From positions 1,952,633-2,016,632 of the forward strand of contig OY776634.1 of the NCBI GenBank assembly GCA_963675845.1: a stretch of 64,000 nucleotides of DNA, in the 5' to 3' direction. Numbering within the stretch: position 1 is the stretch's first letter; the number at the start of each line of letters is the position of its first letter. Origin of the DNA: an uncultured Saccharofermentans sp. (GTDB taxonomy: Bacteria > Bacillota > Clostridia > Saccharofermentanales > UBA5734). A program made the translations under genes and the position numbers. A model generated the notes under the pieces. The model was not told where the DNA came from, made no database searches, and saw nothing but the letters and a program-made list of their open reading frames with translations. This document shows positions 44,567 through 52,587 of the stretch, in pieces.

Positions 44567-45634
44567 ATGGCGATTAAACTTGGCGCATCATCATACAGCT
44601 GGCAGCTGTCTTATTATCTGGGTCAAATGACCCTGGAAGACTGCATCGCGCATCTTTCGAGCATCGGCGGGACGGGCTTTGAGCTGATTCCGGAACAAAT
44701 GCTGCCCGGCGACAATTTCATGCGACTGGACCCGGGCTTCGTCGAGACCTGGTTCGAATGGATGGAAAAATACCGGATGGCACCGACCTGCCTCGATCAT
44801 TTTGACGATTTCAATTTATACAAAAACCGCACCCTGACCTGTCAGGAGCAGCTTGACCTTTCGGAAAACTATCTGCTGATTGCCCAAAAACTTGGATTCG
44901 GCAGCATTCGGGTCTTGAGTACCACGCCATTTGATGTGCTGGAAAAAATGATCCCCATGGCCGAGCACTACGGCGTCAAACTCGGGCTGGAAATCCATGC
45001 CCCGCTGTCAATGAAATCGGACTGGGCGCGGAAGTGGCAGGAGATGATCGCCCGGACCGGTACAAAATTTGCCGGATTTATTCCGGACTTCGGCATTTTC
45101 TGCAAGCAGCCGCCCCTGATCTTCACCAACAACCTGATCAACCAGGGCGCGCGCCGCGAGATCGTCGACTATATTGTCGACTGCTATTCGAAAATTCAGC
45201 TTGAACGCATCCGTTCCAGCGATGGCGCGAAAAGTGTCAATTCACTGATGGACATCAGCGAAGACATTCTGGCGCTGGAGGAAGATGCAAGGGCAAAAGG
45301 CGCCACGGATCTGGAGCTCTCGATCTTCAGGATCCGCAACATCTACGACAACCCGCAGTGGATCGTCGATGTCCTGCCGTTGATCGTGCATGTACACGCC
45401 AAGTTCTATAACATGGTTGACAACGGCTCAGGCGGCTACACCGACCCCAGCGTGGACACCGAACGGGTTGTCCGGCTGCTCAGGGACCATGGTTATGACG
45501 GCTATCTCTCCAGCGAATATGAAGGGCCATTCTATTCGCTGCTGTTCGGCGGACACGACTCGCTCGATGCCCTCGAGGAAAAAGAAGCGGTCAGACGCCA
45601 CCACGCGATGCTCAGATCGGTGCTCGAAGAATAA
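44567..45634 (+). CDS. Xylose-isomerase-like TIM-barrel protein, C-glycoside deglycosidase alpha-subunit-like (pair 2)
   Basis: AIKLGASSYSWQ, LEIHAPL, FIPDFGIF, VHVHAKFYNM, YDGYLSSEYEGP. 355 aa. Confidence 0.7.
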   Translation: MAIKLGASSYSWQLSYYLGQMTLEDCIAHLSSIGGTGFELIPEQMLPGDNFMRLDPGFVETWFEWMEKYRMAPTCLDHFDDFNLYKNRTLTCQEQLDLSENYLLIAQKLGFGSIRVLSTTPFDVLEKMIPMAEHYGVKLGLEIHAPLSMKSDWARKWQEMIARTGTKFAGFIPDFGIFCKQPPLIFTNNLINQGARREIVDYIVDCYSKIQLERIRSSDGAKSVNSLMDISEDILALEEDARAKGATDLELSIFRIRNIYDNPQWIVDVLPLIVHVHAKFYNMVDNGSGGYTDPSVDTERVVRLLRDHGYDGYLSSEYEGPFYSLLFGGHDSLDALEEKEAVRRHHAMLRSVLEE

Positions 45635-45754
45635 CTGAAGGATTGTGCATAAAACCGTCTGTGCATGTGCGGCCGGTCTGTTTCGCAAGTCTAGTTTTGC
45701 TGGTTTCCCCAGTTGTCGGCGGAACAACTGTCGCGGCTCAAGTTACAGCATTCT

Positions 45755-45955
45755 ATGGATATTACTAACGTCTTGAATCAGGTTCTGGTCCTCTTGCTGC
45801 TGATCGCAGTCGGATTTGCCTGCCAGAAGTTTTACATCATCAACCGGCAGACCCGAAAAGGCATCGCGGATCTTCTGCTCTATGTCGCCATCCCGGCTGC
45901 GACGATCCATGCTTTCAACAGGTCCTTCCCGCAGGAGTCCTGCTCGATGGCCTAG
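45755..45955 (+). pseudogene. N-terminal remnant of an AEC (auxin efflux carrier) family transporter
   Basis: MDITNVLNQVLVLLLLIAVGFACQKFYIINRQTRKGIADLLLYVAIPAATIHAF matches the first ~60 aa of AEC permeases, then terminates. Full-length members are ~300 aa. Confidence 0.5.
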
Positions 45956-46206
45956 CCACGCCGCTGGCCAGGGTCTAGCTGCTCTAGCCTCAAGACAGAA
46001 GCGGTGAGTGCCATCTCTCGCGATTTTTGGTCATTCGAAATGAATAATATCTGCTGTGGCATTTGTCTTCCCGGATGAATTTGTCGATTGTCATGAAGTT
46101 GAGCTATAATCAATTGAGACATTAGCGATTCAATAAGCTTTGGTCGTCAGATCTGTGCCAGGACCTGCTTCGTTGAATGACAGATAAAAGGAGACAGGAG
46201 AACCCC

Positions 46207-46347
46207 ATGGTTTTTGAAATACTGATCACCGGTGTGATAACCGTCGTCAATCTTTTGGCCTATGCCCTGATCATTTTCCTGCTCTGGCAGCTGCTGGTCA
46301 AAAAGCGCTCGCTAATCGAACTGTATCACCGATATTTCAAGGGGTAA
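46207..46347 (+). CDS. Small membrane protein (46 aa)
   Basis: AAAGGAGACAGGAG lies upstream. MVFEILITGVITVVNLLAYALIIFLLWQLLVKKRSLIELYHRYFKG. A possible promoter is TTGTCG (46081-46086), 18-nt spacer, TATAAT (46105-46110). Confidence 0.4.
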   Translation: MVFEILITGVITVVNLLAYALIIFLLWQLLVKKRSLIELYHRYFKG

Positions 46348-46394
46348 GTGCAAACGGATCTTGTCGGATTAATCTGGACCATGGAGGTGCGAGG

Positions 46395-47393
46395 ATGAAG
46401 GTCCTGCTGATCGGGGCAGATGGGTTTTTAGGGTCACATATACTGAGGCGCCTGCTGGATCAGGATTATTGTGTTCGTGCGTTCCTGCAAGCGCATCGCG
46501 ATCACGCGACGATTGAAGGGCTGGATTATGAGCCGTTCTTGGGGGATATCTTGAACAGCAAGGATGTCGAAGACGCCTTGGCTGGCTGCGATTATGTGAT
46601 CAACACGGCTGCGGTAACCGATGTCTGGCCGAGTAGAAACGAGGCCAGCTGGCAGATCAACTACAACGCCGTCAAAATCTTGAGCGACGCCGTACTGGCA
46701 TCGGATGTCCAGAAGTTCATCCATGTCGGTACCGCCAACTCGTTTGGCTACGGCTCAAAAGCATCGCCGGGGGATGAGCTGACACCCTATAATTTCGCGA
46801 AATATGGCATGGATTATATGGATTCCAAAAAGGCAGCCCAGGACTTTCTGCTCCAGGCCTGCCGGGACGATCAGCTGCCGGTGGTCATCATCAACCCGTC
46901 GTTCATGATCGGGGAGTACGACTCAAAGCCCGGATCCGGGGCGATGGTGCTGGCAGTACTTCAGGAGCGCCTGCCGTTTTGCTCGCGCGGTGGACGGTGC
47001 GTGACCTATGTCGGGGATGTCGCAGCCGCCACGGTCAATGCGCTGGACAAGGGTCGGATCGGCGAATGCTATATTACAGGCGGCACCAACCTCAGCTATG
47101 CTGAATTCTTCCGGATCATTGCCGACACCGCGGGCGTCCATGCGCCCCAGCAAAGCCTTCCCGCGCCCCTGCTCATGGCGTTTGCCGGCCTGGCGCAGGC
47201 GTTGGGCCGTCTGCTGCGCAAACCGCCGATGCTGTCTGTCGACATGGCCAGGATGTCGCTGGACGGCCATTACTTTTCCGCCGCGAAGGCCATCCGGGAG
47301 CTGGACCTTACCCAAACTGACATTGAAACAGCCGTCCGGCGCACAGTCGATTGGTTTGAGGCCAATGGATACTGGCAGAGGAGGAAAGCATGA
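46395..47393 (+). CDS. NAD(P)-dependent extended SDR (epimerase/dehydratase or 3-beta-HSD/dihydroflavonol-reductase-like)
   Basis: Rossmann motif LLIGADGFLGSHILRRLL. Catalytic YMDSKKAA (YxxxK). 332 aa. Confidence 0.8.
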   Translation: MKVLLIGADGFLGSHILRRLLDQDYCVRAFLQAHRDHATIEGLDYEPFLGDILNSKDVEDALAGCDYVINTAAVTDVWPSRNEASWQINYNAVKILSDAVLASDVQKFIHVGTANSFGYGSKASPGDELTPYNFAKYGMDYMDSKKAAQDFLLQACRDDQLPVVIINPSFMIGEYDSKPGSGAMVLAVLQERLPFCSRGGRCVTYVGDVAAATVNALDKGRIGECYITGGTNLSYAEFFRIIADTAGVHAPQQSLPAPLLMAFAGLAQALGRLLRKPPMLSVDMARMSLDGHYFSAAKAIRELDLTQTDIETAVRRTVDWFEANGYWQRRKA

Positions 47394-48190
47394 GACTCCA
47401 AAACAAGATCATCCTCATCACCGGCGGCGGCAAGGGGATCGGCCGGGAGACGGCCAAATTGCTGGCGTCTTTCGGCAATACGGTTGTCATCACCGGCCGA
47501 AGCGAGGTTCCTTTGCAGGACACTGTGAGGGCGATTGAAGCCAGCGGCCAAAAGGCCGTCTATTACACGGGCGATGTAACGGACCCGCAGGACTGTGACC
47601 GGATTATCCGGTCGGTGACCGAACAGTTTGGCCGGCTGGATATTTTGGTCAACAATGCCGGCATGAGCATGCGCGGCCTGTTTCAGGATACATCGCTCGA
47701 GCTGTTTCGCAAGATTGTGGACATCAACCTGATGGGTGCGGTCAACATGAGCAAGTGCGCGCTTGAACAGATCATCCGGGCCAAAGGCAGCATTTTGTTC
47801 GTCTCCAGCCTGTCCGGACTGAAAGGTCTGCCGGGTATTGCGCCGTACAGCACAGCCAAGATGGCGCTGACCGGATTTTCCGATGCGCTTCGCTGCGAAC
47901 TTAATCAATACGGCGTGCACATTGGTATCGTGTATGTGGGCTTTACGCAAAACGACAGCGGCAAGAAGGTCTTCACCGGGGATGGCCAGCTGGTGGATAT
48001 CGCCCGCAAGGCGAACCACGCCACCCAGTCCGATGTGGCTCGGTCGATTTTGAAATGCCTGGTCAAGCGGCGCGACTCGCTTGTCCTGACCTGCCTGGGC
48101 CGTTGGACGAAGCTGATGGTTCAGTTCCTGCCGGGTCTGTCGAACAAGATTCTCAAGAAGCATGCCGTCCGAAAATACCGGGACATCTGA
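47390..48190 (+). CDS. Classical short-chain dehydrogenase/reductase (SDR)
   Basis: ITGGGKGIGRET, NNAG, YSTAKMAL. ATGA overlap with the previous SDR gene. Confidence 0.88.
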   Translation: MRLQNKIILITGGGKGIGRETAKLLASFGNTVVITGRSEVPLQDTVRAIEASGQKAVYYTGDVTDPQDCDRIIRSVTEQFGRLDILVNNAGMSMRGLFQDTSLELFRKIVDINLMGAVNMSKCALEQIIRAKGSILFVSSLSGLKGLPGIAPYSTAKMALTGFSDALRCELNQYGVHIGIVYVGFTQNDSGKKVFTGDGQLVDIARKANHATQSDVARSILKCLVKRRDSLVLTCLGRWTKLMVQFLPGLSNKILKKHAVRKYRDI

Positions 48191-48203
48191 GCGGGAGGCT
48201 GAT

Positions 48204-48917
48204 ATGACAGACGCCATGAATGACATTCTACGTGACGATTCCCTGACTTTGTTCATTTTCACCATGGGATATCTGACCTATTTCTTTTCCCGCGACAGCC
48301 GACTGGTCCAGAAGCTGGCCGGCCGTCTGGGCGATACACACCGGCGCAAAGTCTACGGTATCTACCTGCCGCGCCTGCTGGGGTTTTGCCTGCTCGGCGT
48401 TGTCCCATGGGGTTTATCGGTTCTGGTCTATGCATCACCGCCTGCCCAGTACGGCCTGAGCCTGCCGCGAGGCGAGCATGCGCTGCTGGTCTCACTGGGA
48501 TCAATCGCGATCTTCGCGCTGGCGTGCAGCCTGCGCAGCGGCAAGCGAATTGACCAATCCATCTATCCACAGGTTAAATTGTCCGATTGGACGATCAAAG
48601 ACCATCTGCTGAACGCGCTGACCTGGAGCCTTTATCTTCTCGGCTATGAGTTTATGCTGCGCGGGCTGCTGTTTTTCAGCTGCCTTGCCGCCTTTGGTCT
48701 GGTTCCCGCAATTGCGATCAACAGCACCGTCTACAGCCTGATCCACATCTTCAAGGGCCGACAGGAGGCCTTCGGCGCCTTCTTTCTGGGGATCGTGCTC
48801 TGTCTGGTCGCGTATTATACAAATTCCTTCGTCATTGCATTGGTCTTGCATGTCATCCTCGCGGTCAGCAATGACTTGAAAGCGATCAGGATCAAGCAAA
48901 GCCAAAGCGCTGTTTAG
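48204..48917 (+). CDS. CPBP family intramembrane glutamic endopeptidase (CAAX protease-like)
   Basis: ATG 48204 follows GGGAGG. Motifs GYEFMLRGLLF, YSLIHIFKG, LVLHVILAVSND. Confidence 0.8.
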   Translation: MTDAMNDILRDDSLTLFIFTMGYLTYFFSRDSRLVQKLAGRLGDTHRRKVYGIYLPRLLGFCLLGVVPWGLSVLVYASPPAQYGLSLPRGEHALLVSLGSIAIFALACSLRSGKRIDQSIYPQVKLSDWTIKDHLLNALTWSLYLLGYEFMLRGLLFFSCLAAFGLVPAIAINSTVYSLIHIFKGRQEAFGAFFLGIVLCLVAYYTNSFVIALVLHVILAVSNDLKAIRIKQSQSAV

Positions 48918-49031
48918 TCAATCAGACCCGCCTTGCCGGTATAGATGTTGATGAAATTGATGGTATAAACGGGATTATCAAACGGACGGTTTTCATCGTT
49001 AGAATTTTACTAGACAGGAGAGGAAAAAGCG

Positions 49032-49481
49032 ATGTATGAGTCACAACCGATCCAGGATCTGGCATCGAGTCTGGACAAGAAAACAGCCGAGAAGCTTCGA
49101 TTACCGGTCCTCCTGCGCCTGATTCAAAAGCTGAACGACAAAGAGATCAAGGATGAGCAGGTCTTTAGCCAGATCTCCGATTTGACCCAGGTGCTGAAGG
49201 CGGTTGTTCAAGGCGACCGGAGCCGGCTGAAAGCCTACCGGGACAGCCTGAACGAGCTGACGGAGATGGTCCGGACGAAGCATGGGCTTGTTGCCAAAGG
49301 ATATTATACCTCACTGTATCTGTCCATCGGCATAGCCCTCGGCGCGGGTATCGGAACGGCGCTGATGGCCGCGGTCAATGTCTCTTTTATGGCGATCGGA
49401 ATCGGCGTTGGCATATCGCTGGGCGTTGCTTTCGGAGCAGGCAGGGAGGACAAGCTGGACAAGGACGGGCTGTTGTATTAA
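49032..49481 (+). CDS. Hypothetical protein with C-terminal glycine-zipper membrane segment
   Basis: GGAGAGGAAAAAG RBS. Helical N-terminal half, then SIGIALGAGIGTALMAAVNVSFMAIGIGVGISLGVAFGAG. Confidence 0.6.
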   Translation: MYESQPIQDLASSLDKKTAEKLRLPVLLRLIQKLNDKEIKDEQVFSQISDLTQVLKAVVQGDRSRLKAYRDSLNELTEMVRTKHGLVAKGYYTSLYLSIGIALGAGIGTALMAAVNVSFMAIGIGVGISLGVAFGAGREDKLDKDGLLY

Positions 49482-49602
49482 CTGAAGGCGACGAGAGACA
49501 ATTAAGGTTAATAGGATCTTCACAGAATGGATTTATTTCTGAAACCTCAAAAGCATATAATGTATATATGATATATATGATATGTGATCAAGAGGTGATC
49601 TT

Positions 49603-49827
49603 ATGAAAGCTAAAACCAATAAACGTGAAGTTGAGCAGCAGGCTTGCCGCTATGGCAACCCGTCCGGATCAGCAGACCTGGGACAAGGCGGCCTGTTTGA
49701 CAAACTTTTCAACCTGGGCTTGAACGTCTCGGATCTTTCCGTTGACGACAGCTCGTCTGGCAATCGTTGCCGGGAAGTGGATATTGAGCGCAAGTGCTGG
49801 GATACAGACAGCTGCCCGGTATCCTGA
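49603..49827 (+). CDS. Small hypothetical protein (74 aa, 4 Cys)
   Basis: AGAGGTGA lies 5 nt before the ATG. An AT-rich promoter-like tract is upstream and a strong terminator is 22 nt downstream. No recognisable family. Confidence 0.45.
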   Translation: MKAKTNKREVEQQACRYGNPSGSADLGQGGLFDKLFNLGLNVSDLSVDDSSSGNRCREVDIERKCWDTDSCPVS

Positions 49828-49849
49828 CCTGATCAGTACACATTATGAA

Positions 49850-49889
49850 CAGCCCCGGCCGGAGACCATCCGGCACGGGGCTGCTTTTT
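49850..49889 (+). terminator. Rho-independent terminator
   Basis: CAGCCCCGGCCGG..CCGGCACGGGGCTG stem followed by CTTTTTG. A T-tract is present only on the plus strand. Confidence 0.65.
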
Positions 49890-49921
49890 GGTGCGTGATC
49901 GAAGCGAAGCCGGCAAAGCGG

Positions 49922-50899
49922 CTAAGCGCGTGCTTGGTAATGCCGGCATTCATCCTGGCACCACTGCTTTCGTTTTTCAGTTCGCGGATCGTCAGGGTCG
50001 CCAAAGATTACAGGGAAGAGCATGTAGTTTCCGTTTTGCCCATACGTATCAATGCAGCGGCGAACCTCGGCCCGGATTTCTGCCTCGGTCGCGTCGACTT
50101 GAGCGGCGCGGCCGTAGGAATCCCATCCGCCATGGATGCACAGCTTGTCGCCGTATTGCCGATTGATGCCGACCAGGTCATTCATCGACTGGGCGGTCTG
50201 CCAGACACTGGCGCCGGTCGCGATGATGTCTGGAATAATTGCATCAACCTTGCCGCAGACATGGTGTTCCGCGATGACGCCTTTGGAGACCGCATGCCGG
50301 TGAAGCTTTTTCTCGTGCGGCCAGATTATTTCACGATAAAGATCCGGAGAAAAGAAGAGACCGTTTGACGACGCGACATCGTCGCCATAGACAATGATAT
50401 CCGGCTGGTAGTGTTCAACGGCTTTGTCGATGATCCTGACCATGAAGTCGGTATAAGCTGTGAAAAAATGATTGACCTCAGCCGGGTTGTCAACCATCGC
50501 GATCAGGGCCTCACAAGTCCCCATCAGGGCTTCAAGCCGATTGAAGCAGCCCGTCAATGAAATGAATACCGTCAGTTTATTGACCCGGTCAAGGTGAGCT
50601 GTGTCCTGGCTAGCCGAGCCTGCCCAGTTCATTTGATCCAGATCCGGGAATCGGATGATGTCACGCCAGGATTCGATATCTTCCAGGATATGCTCATTGG
50701 GATCATGGATGGTCATGAACCCGGTATCACGGGTCACCAGCCAGTTGCTGCCGAAAAGATCCCGGCCGCCTTTGCCGCGCTCTCCCTGATCCCTGATCAG
50801 GGAGGTTCCTACCGGATCGTAGGCCTCCAGAAAACAGGGGGTCCAGTATGGCTTTTGGTGATGAATGGCCAGCAGGGCGTTTTCTCTTGGTGTGATCAT
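49922..50899 (-). CDS. Uroporphyrinogen decarboxylase (URO-D) superfamily protein, MtaA/CmuA-like
   Basis: MITPRENALLAIHHQKPYWTP..., HHVCGKVDAIIPDIIATGASVWQ. Preferred start is ATG 50899 (AAGGAAG upstream, 1 nt after the TIM-barrel stop). The ORF-track start at 50920 would overlap the upstream gene by 20 nt. Confidence 0.65.
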   Translation of the reverse strand: MITPRENALLAIHHQKPYWTPCFLEAYDPVGTSLIRDQGERGKGGRDLFGSNWLVTRDTGFMTIHDPNEHILEDIESWRDIIRFPDLDQMNWAGSASQDTAHLDRVNKLTVFISLTGCFNRLEALMGTCEALIAMVDNPAEVNHFFTAYTDFMVRIIDKAVEHYQPDIIVYGDDVASSNGLFFSPDLYREIIWPHEKKLHRHAVSKGVIAEHHVCGKVDAIIPDIIATGASVWQTAQSMNDLVGINRQYGDKLCIHGGWDSYGRAAQVDATEAEIRAEVRRCIDTYGQNGNYMLFPVIFGDPDDPRTEKRKQWCQDECRHYQARA

Positions 50900-50900
50900 C

Positions 50901-51968
50901 TTAATCTTCCTTTGCATCAAGGCATTGGCGCATCAGGACGTGCTGTTTGCGCACCAGTTCGATCTCGTCGACCCAGCCGGCGTCATTCATCCGTCTGTTG
51001 CCTTCGAATTCTGAACAGACATATCCATGATAACCGCCATCTTTCAGAGCTTTAAACAGTTCAGGGTAGTCAATGTTGTCCACCTGGCCGTCTTGATCGA
51101 TATCGTAGAATTTGGCATGGATGTAAACCAGCTTCGAGGCATATTCCTTCAGTGTCTGATAAGAGTCCGGCTTGTCGGAGGCCAGCTGGCGGGCACAAAA
51201 CTTGAGGTCAAGCTCCGTCGCACCCATTTGCACAAGCTCCGCCCGAAGCTTCTCCTTGTCTGAGCGACGGCCGGCCAAATATGCGTTGCGCTCGCTATCC
51301 CGAAGGTGGCGCATGATTTTCTCATTGGCGCCGCTGCGCACAGCCTGACCGAGATCAGCCTCGCTGAGACAATATTCGTAGCAGCCGAAATCAGACTGCA
51401 AGCCGATGAAGTCCTGATAGCCCATTCGTTCGGCGGATTCCAGATAGGGGAGCTGACAGGCCGCATCGATTGATGTCGGCGAGTGGCACTCCATCGCTAA
51501 TATAACATTGTGCTCGGCAGCGACCGGCAGCAGTTTCTCAACAATGGGCAACGTCGCTAGATGATAATCAAGACCCATGCGCCGCATGGCATCGCCCATG
51601 ATCGCGTCATGCATCAGGCGGATGTGCGAACAGCCCAGCCGAGCTGCCGTCTTGATATACAGCACGCTGCGTTCATACAATTCATCGTCTGACAGGTATT
51701 TGTTCTTCCACATGTGCCGGTCGGCGAAATGATCCAGACAGACCGGGTTGACGCCGTAACGGGTCATTAAGCCGTGCCAGTGATCGACGAAGCGATCTGA
51801 AATGTATGGCCATTCGGGCATCATCATTTCCGGGAAAACCTCAATGCCCTCAGCCCCAGCGCCGGCCGCGGCCGCGATGCAGCCTTCCAGGTCATAGCGC
51901 TTGAAGTAATAATTGTCCTGATAGCTGTAGAGCGAAACCCCCAGCTTGATGTCATGTTGAGTTTTCAA
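50901..51968 (-). CDS. Xylose-isomerase-like TIM-barrel protein, C-glycoside deglycosidase alpha-subunit-like (pair 3)
   Basis: IKLGVSLYSYQ, MECHSPT, LQSDFGCY, VYIHAKFYDI, YHGYVCSEFEGN. Preferred start is TTG 51968, 8 nt after GGGAGGA, giving 355 aa like pair 2. The track start at 51995 is also TTG. Confidence 0.7.
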   Translation of the reverse strand: MKTQHDIKLGVSLYSYQDNYYFKRYDLEGCIAAAAGAGAEGIEVFPEMMMPEWPYISDRFVDHWHGLMTRYGVNPVCLDHFADRHMWKNKYLSDDELYERSVLYIKTAARLGCSHIRLMHDAIMGDAMRRMGLDYHLATLPIVEKLLPVAAEHNVILAMECHSPTSIDAACQLPYLESAERMGYQDFIGLQSDFGCYEYCLSEADLGQAVRSGANEKIMRHLRDSERNAYLAGRRSDKEKLRAELVQMGATELDLKFCARQLASDKPDSYQTLKEYASKLVYIHAKFYDIDQDGQVDNIDYPELFKALKDGGYHGYVCSEFEGNRRMNDAGWVDEIELVRKQHVLMRQCLDAKED

Positions 51969-51987
51969 TGTAAAATCCTCCCGAATC

Positions 51988-52383
51988 TCAAGCAAATGTT
52001 AATGTTTTTTCACAAACTGAAACCATAGTCGGTGTATAAGACCTGCGTGTTCCCAGGGTCAGCTTGACCCGGTGCCGTCCCTGTTCGATCCCGCCGTCCT
52101 TGTTGACGACAATCCGAAGATCGTCACCAAACTGCCAGTAGACATCTGTCGGGAAGAAGTCCTTAAGGATATCGGTGTAGGGGTATTCCCGGTCCCCGGT
52201 CTGGATCGTCATCTGTTTTGGATCAACTGATTCGCCGTCAACGTCCAGTGCGATGCTGTCGATACAGCTTAGCGGCAGACCGCGATAGTAGTTAATCCGG
52301 ATGTTGACGCAATAGCCGACTTTGCGACCCTGGTCCCAGATGCTGCGGCAGTCGCGTTCGGTTAGAATGTGTTTGTCGTACAT
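51988..52383 (-). CDS. C-glycoside deglycosidase beta-subunit-like protein (DUF6379-type, pair 3)
   Basis: Start moved to ATG 52383, which follows GGAGG. GRKVGYCVNIRINYYRGLPLSCIDSIALDVDGESV...DVYWQFGDDLRIVV. 131 aa. Confidence 0.6.
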   Translation of the reverse strand: MYDKHILTERDCRSIWDQGRKVGYCVNIRINYYRGLPLSCIDSIALDVDGESVDPKQMTIQTGDREYPYTDILKDFFPTDVYWQFGDDLRIVVNKDGGIEQGRHRVKLTLGTRRSYTPTMVSVCEKTLTFA

Positions 52384-52587
52384 TGAATGTTCCTCCGGTT
52401 GAGCAGACGATTTGGATCGATTTCCATAAGTCAATTATATCGTCAACCGGCACATACAGCCTTGTCTGAATCGAAACGATTGAGCACGATCTGTGCTCAA
52501 TCGTTCAGTCCGTGGCTTGGGTGTCAATTGAACCTGGAAAATCCGTATGCTAGAATGAGCATATTATGTTCAGTGAAAGGTACTGCT

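Noticed and set aside
47270-48265. 331-aa minus-strand ORF
   Set aside because: Antisense to the classical SDR gene, whose TGGGxGIG/NNAG/YxxxK motifs are unambiguous.
49742-50368. 208-aa plus-strand ORF
   Set aside because: Crosses the plus-strand terminator and is antisense to the URO-D-like gene. No RBS.
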